Positions 1 through 8,188 of a DNA stretch of 64,000 bases are shown here, one piece after another. How positions within the stretch are numbered: position 1 is the stretch's first letter; every line of letters begins with the position of its first letter. The stretch is taken from positions 416,001 to 480,000 of the forward strand of contig CAVQKE010000004.1 of assembly GCA_963713045.1 (NCBI GenBank), written 5' to 3'. The translations under genes were made by a program, and so were the position numbers. This DNA comes from an uncultured delta proteobacterium. Its GTDB lineage: Bacteria > Myxococcota > Myxococcia > Myxococcales > Myxococcaceae. The notes below the pieces were generated by a model, which saw nothing but the letters and a program-made list of their open reading frames with translations, was not told the DNA's origin and made no database searches.

Positions 1-68
1 GGCCCAGCAGAGGCGCGAAGGGGGAAGGGGAGGCCAAAAGAGTTTGCGTGTCGGCCGCCTTGGCGATA

Positions 69-84
69 CTGAACTTCTGTTTAG
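69..84 (+). promoter_or_regulatory. LexA (SOS) box upstream of imuA
   Basis: CTGAAC-TTCT-GTTTAG imperfect palindrome resembling the myxobacterial LexA consensus CTRHAMRYBYGTTCAGS. It overlaps a -10-like GATACT (65-70); TTGCGT lies at 44-49 and an AGGAG RBS at 93-97. Confidence 0.75.
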
Positions 85-101
85 TCTAGGGCAGGAGCGC
101 C

Positions 102-941
102 ATGGACGCAGCACGGGGCAACCTCGAGACGGTGGAGCGGCTGCGCGCGCACATTCAAGCGCTGCAGGCGGCCCCCCGCACCCACCTCGCCGTGTTGCGC
201 ACCGGCGTGGCGGCGGTGGACGCCCTGCTGCCCGCCGGCGGCTTTCCCTTGGGACAGCTGGTGGAGTTGTGGGGAAGCGCGGCCTCCGGCCGCACACGCC
301 TTGCCCTGCGCGCGGTGGCGGAGGCCCATCGCGCACTGCGGTTGGCGGCCTACGTGGACGGGCCAGGGGAATTGTACCCGCCGGCGCTGGCTGCGCTGGG
401 GGTGGACCCGGCTCGGCTTCTCTGGGTCCGCCCTGCGGTGGTGGCCAGTGGCACGCCCGCCCAGCCCTCGCACCTTGCTTGGGCGGCGCTGCAGCTTTTG
501 CGCAGTGGCGCCTTCGCCTGCGTGGTGCTGGACCTCACCCACACCGGCCACCGCCTCGCGCCCCAAGCCTGTAAGCGACTCCTCGACGCTGCCACCCACA
601 GCGGCGGACTTCTTTTGCTTCTCACCCCGGAGGAGATGCCTGCTGACGGAAGCCTCCGGCTGCGGCTGGAGGCTGGCCTTCACGGGGTACACGTGGAAGT
701 GGTGCGCAGCCGACAGGGAATGCGGGCGCGCTCTGCGGATGTCCCTTGGGAGGCGCTCGCCGCGTGGGGCTCGCCCACTCAGTCGCCCGGGCGCCTCGTC
801 CCCCAGCCAGCCACAGCGGAGCCGGACAAGCCTTTCCAGCGCCCGCGCCCCTCCGAGGTGCGCAATGGCCGCTGTGGCATTCAAGGGCAACGGCCCGGCC
901 GGGACTTGGCGCTGCCCGAACTCGCTTCGGAACTGTGCTGA
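102..941 (+). CDS. imuA: ImuA, RecA/SulA-like SOS mutagenesis protein
   Basis: TGVAAVDALLPAGGFPLGQLVELWG, degenerate Walker A GSAASGRT, YVD..LYPPALAALGVD; AGGAG RBS; immediately upstream of imuB. Confidence 0.9.
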   Translation: MDAARGNLETVERLRAHIQALQAAPRTHLAVLRTGVAAVDALLPAGGFPLGQLVELWGSAASGRTRLALRAVAEAHRALRLAAYVDGPGELYPPALAALGVDPARLLWVRPAVVASGTPAQPSHLAWAALQLLRSGAFACVVLDLTHTGHRLAPQACKRLLDAATHSGGLLLLLTPEEMPADGSLRLRLEAGLHGVHVEVVRSRQGMRARSADVPWEALAAWGSPTQSPGRLVPQPATAEPDKPFQRPRPSEVRNGRCGIQGQRPGRDLALPELASELC

Positions 942-942
942 C

Positions 943-2472
943 ATGCGTGTGGCTTACCTGCACCTGCCTCGCTTCCCGGTGCAGCGCCGGCAGTCTGCTG
1001 AAGCCACTCCGTCGGAAGGGGCAGGCCCGCCGCGGGCGCTGGTGCACCAGGTGCGCGGCGTCCAGAGGGTGGCTTGCCTGTCGGCCTCGGCTTCGGCGGC
1101 GGGCGTGCGGACGGGAATGTCCCTGGCAGCAGCCCGCGCGCTTTTGCCCACGCTTCAGGACATGCCCTACCACGCCGCTGAGGAGGCCGCGGCACTCGGC
1201 ACGGTGGCCGAAGGGCTTCTCGCCTTGGCTCCGGCCACCATGTCCTCGCCTCCCGACGGCTTCTGGCTGGACGCCTCCGCCGCCTCCCTCGTTGGCGGCG
1301 AGCAAGCGCTGCTGGAGCGCGCGCTCGCCATTCTCGGGACGCTGGGACTTCGCGGCCGGGGCGCGGTGGCCTCGGAGTTGTTTACTGCCCGGGCGCTGGC
1401 CCGCTTCGCTGGCCCGCGGCTGAGTGTGGCGGCCCGCGGCACCTCAGCCCAGGCCCTCGCCGCGTTGCCCCTCCAGGCGCTGGAAGCCGTGGACGCGCCG
1501 GTGCGCGAGGCCTTCGCCGGCTTTGGGCTGACGACCCTCGGGGAGGTGGCGAGGCTTGCTCCTGCGCAGGTGGTGACGCGGCTGGGAGCGCGGGGCCTTC
1601 GTGCCCAACGACTCGCCCGCGGCGAGGACGAGACGCGCTTCCTCCCGGCGCTTGTCCCGGAAGTGGTGGAGGAGGTCCGCGTGCTGGAGACGCCCGCCGA
1701 AGCCTGCGAGGCGCTCCTCTTCGTCCTCAAGGGCATGGTGGAGGCGCTGTGTGCGCGGTTGCGCGGGCGAAGCCGGGCGGCCGTTCGCCTCACCTTGACG
1801 CTGCTTCTTGAGCCGGATGGCCCGAGCGCCTTCCCCCTTGTCCTGGCCCGTCCCAGCGCTGAGTCGAAGCTGCTGCAAGACCTCCTCCGCCACCGGCTGG
1901 AAGACCTCCGGCTGCCCGCGCCGGTGGCCACGGTGGTGCTCACCGTGGATGAGTCTTGTGAGGACCGCGGCCAGCAGCGCGTGCTGGGGGCTCTGCCCGA
2001 AGGCGACGCTGGGCTGGACAGCGTCCTGGCCCGCCTGGCAACGGCTCTCGGCCCGACGGCGCTGTCCTCCCCCCGGGCCGCGGAGGACCATCGCCCCGAG
2101 GCGGCCCGTGCCCTGGCGCCCTTCCATCCGCCCGGCGCCGAACAGGGGTTGCACGCCGAGCTGCGCCGCGCGCCGGCCATCCTCCCGCCTCCGGAGGCCC
2201 ATTCCGCAGAACGCCCGGTGCGCCTTTTCGCCCGGCCGGCCCCCTTGCCGGTGGAACTCGGCCCGGCTGGGGAGCTGCAAGGGGCACGGCTGCTTGGGCG
2301 GCGTCGTCGGGTGCTTGGCCTGGCCGGGCCGGAGCGCCTGGGTGGCCAGTGGTGGACACCGACGCCCTTCGCCCGGGACTACTACCGAGTGCACTTCGAG
2401 GGGCTGGGGCCGGCGTGGGTGTTTCGAGATGCGTGCGACGGCTGCTTCTACTTGCACGGCTTCTTCGACTGA
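943..2472 (+). CDS. imuB: ImuB, inactive Y-family polymerase homolog
   Basis: ATG at 943, 1 nt after the imuA stop. Y-family-like N-terminus lacking catalytic acids (YLHLPRF, DGFWLD), GVRTGMSLAAARAL, C-terminal GPERL..WW..RDYYRV..WVFRD..FYLHGFFD. Confidence 0.9.
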   Translation: MRVAYLHLPRFPVQRRQSAEATPSEGAGPPRALVHQVRGVQRVACLSASASAAGVRTGMSLAAARALLPTLQDMPYHAAEEAAALGTVAEGLLALAPATMSSPPDGFWLDASAASLVGGEQALLERALAILGTLGLRGRGAVASELFTARALARFAGPRLSVAARGTSAQALAALPLQALEAVDAPVREAFAGFGLTTLGEVARLAPAQVVTRLGARGLRAQRLARGEDETRFLPALVPEVVEEVRVLETPAEACEALLFVLKGMVEALCARLRGRSRAAVRLTLTLLLEPDGPSAFPLVLARPSAESKLLQDLLRHRLEDLRLPAPVATVVLTVDESCEDRGQQRVLGALPEGDAGLDSVLARLATALGPTALSSPRAAEDHRPEAARALAPFHPPGAEQGLHAELRRAPAILPPPEAHSAERPVRLFARPAPLPVELGPAGELQGARLLGRRRRVLGLAGPERLGGQWWTPTPFARDYYRVHFEGLGPAWVFRDACDGCFYLHGFFD

Positions 2473-2537
2473 CGCTTCGCTGGCACCCGCCGGCGCCTGC
2501 GCTTAAAGCCTCCTCCTCTCCCTTTCGCCGGTCCCCC

Positions 2538-3155
2538 ATGCCTTCTGCCGCCTCCCGCCCCCGCGCTCTTCTGGTTTCGGCGGACCCCCTCGTCCGGGCC
2601 GGACTGCGCGGCGTCCTGGCCGAGGCCCAGTGGGAGGTGGCCGGAGAGGTGGACGCCCTCGGGCGGGCCCCCTCCGCCTGGCTGGAGCTGCCGTTTGAGG
2701 CCGTCCTGTGGGACGCCGGCCCAACCCCCCGCCTCACCGCAGACGAGGCACGGGCATTTCCGGTGGTGGCGCTGGTGCAGGACGAGCAGGCTGCCCGCGC
2801 GGTGCTGGCGTCCGGAGCGGCCGGTGCGCTGCTTCGCAGTGCGGAGCCGGCCACCATCGGCGCTGCCCTGGCGGCGGCAGCGCGCGGGCTGACGGTTTCC
2901 GACGGGCACTTCCCCCACCTGCGTCCGCTGCCCGAGGTGCGGGCCGCCGCGTCGCCCGGGGACTTCACGCCCCGGGAGCGGGAGGTGCTGGCGCTGCTGG
3001 CCGAGGGCCTCCCCAACCTCGCCATTGCCGAGCGCCTCGGCATCAGCCGGCATACGGTGAAGTTTCACGTCAATGCGCTGCTGCAAAAGCTGGGCGTCGA
3101 GCGACGCACCGAAGCGGTGGTGCGGGCCGCTCGCCTAGGACTCATCGTCCTGTAA
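2538..3155 (+). CDS. LuxR/NarL-family regulator with degenerate receiver domain
   Basis: C-terminal FTPREREVLALLAEGLPNLAIAERLGISRHTVKFHVNALLQKLG HTH; REC-like N-terminus; ATG at 2538. Confidence 0.85.
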   Translation: MPSAASRPRALLVSADPLVRAGLRGVLAEAQWEVAGEVDALGRAPSAWLELPFEAVLWDAGPTPRLTADEARAFPVVALVQDEQAARAVLASGAAGALLRSAEPATIGAALAAAARGLTVSDGHFPHLRPLPEVRAAASPGDFTPREREVLALLAEGLPNLAIAERLGISRHTVKFHVNALLQKLGVERRTEAVVRAARLGLIVL

Positions 3156-3239
3156 AGCGCCCTGCCCAAACGGGCAGGGCCACCGGGCTACCCATTGTGT
3201 CGATGTGGTGGGCCCCGCCAGGCGCTTAGCTTTCTCCCC

Positions 3240-4142
3240 ATGACTTCCTCTTCCTCCCCCTCCGTCGCAACTTCCCTCTCCGACAGCCTGGCCGACGCCA
3301 CCGCCTCCGTCGGTCGCTCTCTGGTCACCATTGCCGGCCGGCGCTGGCCAGCCAGCGGCGTGGCCTACGCGGCAGACCTGGTCCTCACCGCGGCGCACGC
3401 CGTCAACCGTTTGGAGCGCCTGGCCGTCCACCTGGACGGCGTGGAAACGCCGGCCGAGCTGGTGGGGCAGGACGCGGCGCTGGACCTCGCCCTTCTGCGG
3501 GTGAGTGGCGCCAAGCTGGAACCGGCACGCTGGCGCCCGTCGGCGGGCCTGCGTCCGGGAAGCTTGGTGCTGGCCGTGGCGCGGCCGCGCGGGAATGTGC
3601 GGGTGCGCCTCGGCCTTCTGGCCGCCGTTGGCCCGGCCTTCCGGACGCCGTGGGGTGCGCGCGTCGACGCCGCGCTGGACGTCGAATTGTCCGCCCGCCC
3701 GGGTCTGGCTGGGGCCGCGGTGGCAGACCTGGAGGGCCAGGCGTTGGGCCTCCTCGTGTCCGGGCTGGGGCGGTCGCGCCGCATGCTGTTGCCAACTGAG
3801 ACCTTGGCCCGCACTGCCGAGGAGCTGTTGGCCCAGGGACGGGTGCGACGCGGCTACCTGGGTGTTGGGACGCAGCCGGTGCGTTTGCCAAGTGCACTGC
3901 GCGGCGTGGCCGGCCGCGAGCATGGGCTGTTGGTGGTGGCCGTGGAATCGGGCAGTCCGGCCGACGCCGCAGGGTTGATGTTTGGAGACGTCCTTCTTCA
4001 AGTGGGGACCACCGGCACGGCGGACGTGGAGGACTTGCTCGGCACCTTGGCCGAGGCGCGCATTGGAGAGGCTCTCGGAGTGCAGCTGCTGCGCGCCGGA
4101 GCGGTCGAGGAACGCTCGGTCACGGTGGGCGTTCGGCCGTGA
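3240..4142 (+). CDS. HtrA/S1C-like trypsin+PDZ protein, probably catalytically inactive
   Basis: LTAAH, DLALL, GYLGV and SPADAAGL..GDVL PDZ motifs; nucleophile site reads PGLAG instead of GNSGG. Confidence 0.8.
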   Translation: MTSSSSPSVATSLSDSLADATASVGRSLVTIAGRRWPASGVAYAADLVLTAAHAVNRLERLAVHLDGVETPAELVGQDAALDLALLRVSGAKLEPARWRPSAGLRPGSLVLAVARPRGNVRVRLGLLAAVGPAFRTPWGARVDAALDVELSARPGLAGAAVADLEGQALGLLVSGLGRSRRMLLPTETLARTAEELLAQGRVRRGYLGVGTQPVRLPSALRGVAGREHGLLVVAVESGSPADAAGLMFGDVLLQVGTTGTADVEDLLGTLAEARIGEALGVQLLRAGAVEERSVTVGVRP

Positions 4143-5035
4143 CGGCACTGCAGACCCTGTCCAATGAATTGGAAGCGCTGGTGACGCGCGCCAGCCACTC
4201 GGTGGTGGGCGTGGAGCAAGGGCGCGGGGCGGGCACCGGCGTGGTGGTGGCCCAAGACGGCTACCTCCTCACCAACCACCACGTCGCCGGCGGGGGACGC
4301 GCCCTGCGCATCCGCCTGCCGGACGGCGAAGCGGTGAGCGCTGAGTTGGTGGGGGCGGACCCGCAGACGGACTTGGCGGTGGTGCGCGTCCGCGGAATGC
4401 AGCTGCAGCACCTGACGCTGGCCCCCACGGCGCGGGTGGGACAGCTGGTGGTGGCCATTGGAAACCCCTTTCGCTTTGAGCGGTCGGTCAGCGTGGGCAT
4501 TGTCAGCGCCACCGACCGCAGCCTGCCCGGGCCGGGCGGCGACGTCTTTGAGGGGCTGGTGCAGACGGATGCTGCCATCAACCCGGGCAACTCCGGCGGC
4601 CCACTGGTGAATGCCTCGGGCGAGGTGGTGGGCATCAACACCGCCGTCATTCCCTGGGCGCAGGGCATGGGCTTTGCCGTCTCCTCCCGCACCGCCACCT
4701 GGGTGACCAGCGTCCTCATCCAGCACGGCGAGGTGAGGCGGCGGCTGTTGGGCATTGCCGCCCGCTCGGAGTTGCTGCCCCGCGCCGTCGCCGAGGCAGC
4801 AGGGCAGCCGCGAGGCGTGCGGGTGCTGCAAGTCAGCCAGGGCTCCTCCGCCGCTGACGCCGGCCTGCGCGGCGAGGACGTCATCCTCGGCGTCCACGGC
4901 GAGCCGGTGGCCAACGTGGACGACATTCACCGGCTGATGGTGCTGCGGGGCACGGACACCGTGCCGCTGGCGGTGTGGCGCGACGGCGCGCGGGTGCACC
5001 TGGTTGCAGTGACGCGCGTCCGCCAGGCCGCTTGA
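4139..5035 (+). CDS. HtrA/S1C serine protease with PDZ domain
   Basis: LLTNHHV, TDLAVV, QTDAAINPGNSGGPL, C-terminal PDZ; GTGA overlap with previous gene; no signal peptide. Confidence 0.9.
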   Translation: MTALQTLSNELEALVTRASHSVVGVEQGRGAGTGVVVAQDGYLLTNHHVAGGGRALRIRLPDGEAVSAELVGADPQTDLAVVRVRGMQLQHLTLAPTARVGQLVVAIGNPFRFERSVSVGIVSATDRSLPGPGGDVFEGLVQTDAAINPGNSGGPLVNASGEVVGINTAVIPWAQGMGFAVSSRTATWVTSVLIQHGEVRRRLLGIAARSELLPRAVAEAAGQPRGVRVLQVSQGSSAADAGLRGEDVILGVHGEPVANVDDIHRLMVLRGTDTVPLAVWRDGARVHLVAVTRVRQAA

Positions 5036-5164
5036 CGGCCACAAGACCGGACACGGGGGGGGGCGTGAAAGCGCACCGCGGGCCGCACAGCGCAGCGTAA
5101 GCTGCCCGGCACGGGCCCCCGGAGGGGGAGGCCGCCTCCACACTTCAGAAGGGGAGCCTCTCAC

Positions 5165-6646
5165 ATGGTGCGTGGTGTCGCTGGGGTGTTGCTGGCCGGG
5201 GTGCTGTCGTCCTCGGGAACCAAGGCGGAGTCAGCGCCGGCGGACCCGCGCCCGGCGCTGTTGAAGCGCGCAGCGGGGGAGACGCCCCTGGCAACCGACT
5301 TGGAGGAACTGACCGACCGCGTCGGCGGCCGGCCAACGGGCACCCCGGCCTGCACCCGCGCTGAGACCTGGGCCAGAGACCGCTTCCGCGCGCTGAAGCT
5401 GTCCAGGGTGGAACTGGAAGCTTTCACGCTGCCGGTGTTGTGGCTTCCCGGCACGGTGGAGGTCCGCGTCACTGCGCCGGAAGCTTTCCTCGTCCGGGCG
5501 GTGGCGGCGCCGGCGTCCCCGTCTTTGGCCCCCTTGGAAACGCGCGTGCTGGACGCAGGGGAGGGGACCGAGGCGGACTTCGCCCGCCTTGGGAAGGACG
5601 CCGCCGGGGCCATCCTCCTGGTCCACCAAAAGGAGATGAAGACGTTTGAGCAGCTTTTTGAGGAGTACATGCGCAGCCGGCCCTTGTTGGCGGCGGCGCG
5701 GGCGGTGCGGGCCTCCGCGGTGCTTCTGGAGTCGACCCGGCCGCGGGGGCTGTTGTACCGGCACCCGGTGGACTTTGGAGCCTTAGCGCCGGTGCCGGCC
5801 ATCCTCATCTCGCGCGAGGGCGCCGAGCGGATGGGGCGGCTGCTGGCCCACGGTGAGGTGCGTGCCCGGGTGGCGATGCAGAACAAGACGGGGGGCGTCA
5901 ACGTCTCGGAAAACGTCGTCGGCGAAATTCGCGGACGGGAGAAGCCGGAGGAAGTGGTGCTGTTGGGGGCCCACCTGGACAGCTGGGACTTGGGGACCGG
6001 CGCTGAGGACAACGGCGTCAACGTCGCGCTGGTGTTGGACGTGGCCCGCGCCTTCAAGGAGTTGGGCCTGGTGCCGCGCCGGACGGTGCGCTTCGTCCTC
6101 TTCACCGGCGAGGAGCAGGGCATGTACGGCTCAGCCGGCTACGCGGAACGCCACAAGCCGGAGCTGCGGGACCACGTCGGCGTCGTCATTTTTGACGTCG
6201 GCTCGGGCCACACCTCCGGCTTCGCGGTGAGCGGCCGAAAGGAGTTGCGCCCGGCGCTGGCCCGCGCCTTCTCCGGCGTGCCCGGCCTTGGCGAGGAGGG
6301 CGCCCATTCCCTGGACGCCTTCGATGGGACGGACAACTTCGACTTCCTGCTGGCGGGGGTGCCCACCTTCGTCGCCGACCAGGACCCGGTGCCGTACCTG
6401 CCGGACTACCATGCCGAGTCCGACGTCTTTGAACGCGTCAACCTCGCCGAGGCCAAGCGCAACGCCGGGCTGGCGGCAGTGCTGGTGTGGGCCCTGGCCG
6501 AGGCACCGCAGCCCCCAGGCAGGCACCAGAGCCGCTCCGAAGTGGAGGCCCTCCTCAAGGCGACGAAGCTGGACCAGCAGATGAAGGGCTTTGGCCAATG
6601 GGAGGACTGGGCGGCCGGGAAGCGTGGCTTTCCGCGGCCCCCCTGA
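5165..6646 (+). CDS. Secreted M28-family metallopeptidase (carboxypeptidase Q-like, PA insert)
   Basis: Signal peptide; GAHLDSWD, GAEDNG, FTGEEQG, DYHAESD motifs. Confidence 0.85.
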   Translation: MVRGVAGVLLAGVLSSSGTKAESAPADPRPALLKRAAGETPLATDLEELTDRVGGRPTGTPACTRAETWARDRFRALKLSRVELEAFTLPVLWLPGTVEVRVTAPEAFLVRAVAAPASPSLAPLETRVLDAGEGTEADFARLGKDAAGAILLVHQKEMKTFEQLFEEYMRSRPLLAAARAVRASAVLLESTRPRGLLYRHPVDFGALAPVPAILISREGAERMGRLLAHGEVRARVAMQNKTGGVNVSENVVGEIRGREKPEEVVLLGAHLDSWDLGTGAEDNGVNVALVLDVARAFKELGLVPRRTVRFVLFTGEEQGMYGSAGYAERHKPELRDHVGVVIFDVGSGHTSGFAVSGRKELRPALARAFSGVPGLGEEGAHSLDAFDGTDNFDFLLAGVPTFVADQDPVPYLPDYHAESDVFERVNLAEAKRNAGLAAVLVWALAEAPQPPGRHQSRSEVEALLKATKLDQQMKGFGQWEDWAAGKRGFPRPP

Positions 6647-6676
6647 GGTGGCCCTTGGCCCCACGGACGGTGGCCC

Positions 6677-7534
6677 CTAGTTGGCCGAAGCCGGATTGAG
6701 GATGGCCCACAGGCCCATGAAGCCGTTGCCGCCGGTGGCGCCGGGCACGCTGTCGTTGGCGTCGTAGTACAGCGGGTGGCCGTCGAAGGCAGACTGCATG
6801 CTGCCGTCGGGCCGGGTGAAGGTGGTGAGCCGCGTCGAGTCGATGCCGGTGGGCGTGACGGTGCCACTGGCCAGGAACAGGGGCCAGCTGTCCAGGCAGC
6901 TGCCGGTGCACGCCGAGACGGGCGGCGTGGACGCCGAGCCGACAGTGTCGTCACGGAAGGCGTAGACGGTGCGGCCCTGGGGGTCGGCCAGGTAGAGGGG
7001 CGTGCCAGTGGCAGACTTCGTCATCGCCAACAGCGAGTAGAAGGGCTCGCGGATGACGTACCAGGCTTCGAAGTTGTCCCCGGTGGTGTCGCCCGCCTGG
7101 GCGTCGCCGGCGTAGAAGTACAGTGGCCAGCCGCGGAAGGTGGCTTGCTTGGCACCGTCGGGCCGGGTGAATTCGGCGAAGTCCGTGGCCTGCAGTCCAC
7201 TGGCCAGCGTCGGGTTGGCGACGTCGAAGATGGGCCAGAGGGCGAGGCAATTTTCGGCCGTGGCGCAGTTGGACACCGGGCCCTGTGCCGCTGTCCCGGG
7301 CAAGTCCAAACCGAAGTAGTACAGCGTCTTGCCGCTGGCCACGAGGTAGTTGCCGAGGCTTGCCTTGGACGCGAGTTGAATGTCGGCGCCTGACGCAGGA
7401 GGCGTGCCGCTTCCTGAGGGACCGGTCGATGCAGCGCTGCCGCTTCCACACCCGGCGGCGATGAGACTCGCCAGGGCGATGGGGACCAGCCACGCGCGTG
7501 CGCGAGGGGGACGGATTGGTGCGGCTGTCGACAT
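6677..7534 (-). CDS. Lipoprotein with Yx(FWY)xxD repeats (COG4315-like)
   Basis: Lipobox IAAGC; repeated GKTLYYF/GWPLYFYAGD/GRTVYAFRDD/GHPLYY and C..C...WP motifs; GAGGAG RBS before ATG 7534. Confidence 0.8.
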   Translation of the reverse strand: MSTAAPIRPPRARAWLVPIALASLIAAGCGSGSAASTGPSGSGTPPASGADIQLASKASLGNYLVASGKTLYYFGLDLPGTAAQGPVSNCATAENCLALWPIFDVANPTLASGLQATDFAEFTRPDGAKQATFRGWPLYFYAGDAQAGDTTGDNFEAWYVIREPFYSLLAMTKSATGTPLYLADPQGRTVYAFRDDTVGSASTPPVSACTGSCLDSWPLFLASGTVTPTGIDSTRLTTFTRPDGSMQSAFDGHPLYYDANDSVPGATGGNGFMGLWAILNPASAN

Positions 7535-7724
7535 GTGTTGCTCCTCAAGGTTGCGTCCCAAACGCGTGATTGCGTCCGGGTGCACCACCAGTAAGGAGCG
7601 ACGCCTGCCCAGCACATCCCCTCTTCAGGGAAGCCGAAGTCACCGAGGCTCAAGTGGCTTCGAATTGGAGGAAAGGAGACAGGGCCGTCGGCCGAAGCGG
7701 CAACGGGGGTGGACGACCACGCCT

Positions 7725-8099
7725 CTACCGCGCGCAGAGGCACTGCGGTGGCTGCTCTCGGGCGGCCTTCAGCGCTCGCATCGCGTCCAGCAGCCATTTC
7801 GCCATCAGCTGCGGGCGCGAGCAGACACCACAGGCGCGGTACAGGGACTTCACATGCGCATGCACCGTCTGTGGGCTGATGGTCAAAAGCGCAGCGACTT
7901 CCTTCTCACTGGCGCCGGTGAGGAGACAGCCCAGCACCTGGCGCTCGCGCGGCGTCAAAGGCGGCCTGGCCTGGTGCTGTTTGGGTCCTTCCAGAAGTCC
8001 CACCGCTTCGAATGAGAATTCCACCGCCCGGGGACACCTCCTCTTCGGCAAAGACACCCGTCGACGGCAGCCGTTGCGTCGGGCAACCCGGAAGGCCAC
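7725..8099 (-). CDS. Stand-alone LuxR-type HTH regulator (start uncertain)
   Basis: LTPRERQVLGCLLTGASEKEVAALLTISPQTVHAHVKSLYRACGVCSRPQL. Confidence 0.75.
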   Translation of the reverse strand: MAFRVARRNGCRRRVSLPKRRCPRAVEFSFEAVGLLEGPKQHQARPPLTPRERQVLGCLLTGASEKEVAALLTISPQTVHAHVKSLYRACGVCSRPQLMAKWLLDAMRALKAAREQPPQCLCAR

Positions 8100-8158
8100 C
8101 GGTCAGCAATGCCTTCGGTCCGTTTTGTCAGCGTCGTCTCCCAAGACCTGCTGGACAG

Positions 8159-8174
8159 CTGAACGCCCGAGCAG
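8159..8174 (+). promoter_or_regulatory. Putative degenerate LexA box upstream of dnaE2
   Basis: CTGAACGCCC-GAGCAG: the first 10 nt fit CTRHAMRYBY and the right half-site has 2 mismatches to GTTCAG; ends 14 nt before the dnaE2 ATG. Confidence 0.55.
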
Positions 8175-8188
8175 TAAGCCCCACGGCG

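Noticed and set aside
301..942. 214-aa N-terminal extension of ImuB in the ORF track (301..2472)
   Set aside because: It overlaps imuA out of frame with no recognisable motif; the real start is ATG 943 directly after the imuA stop.
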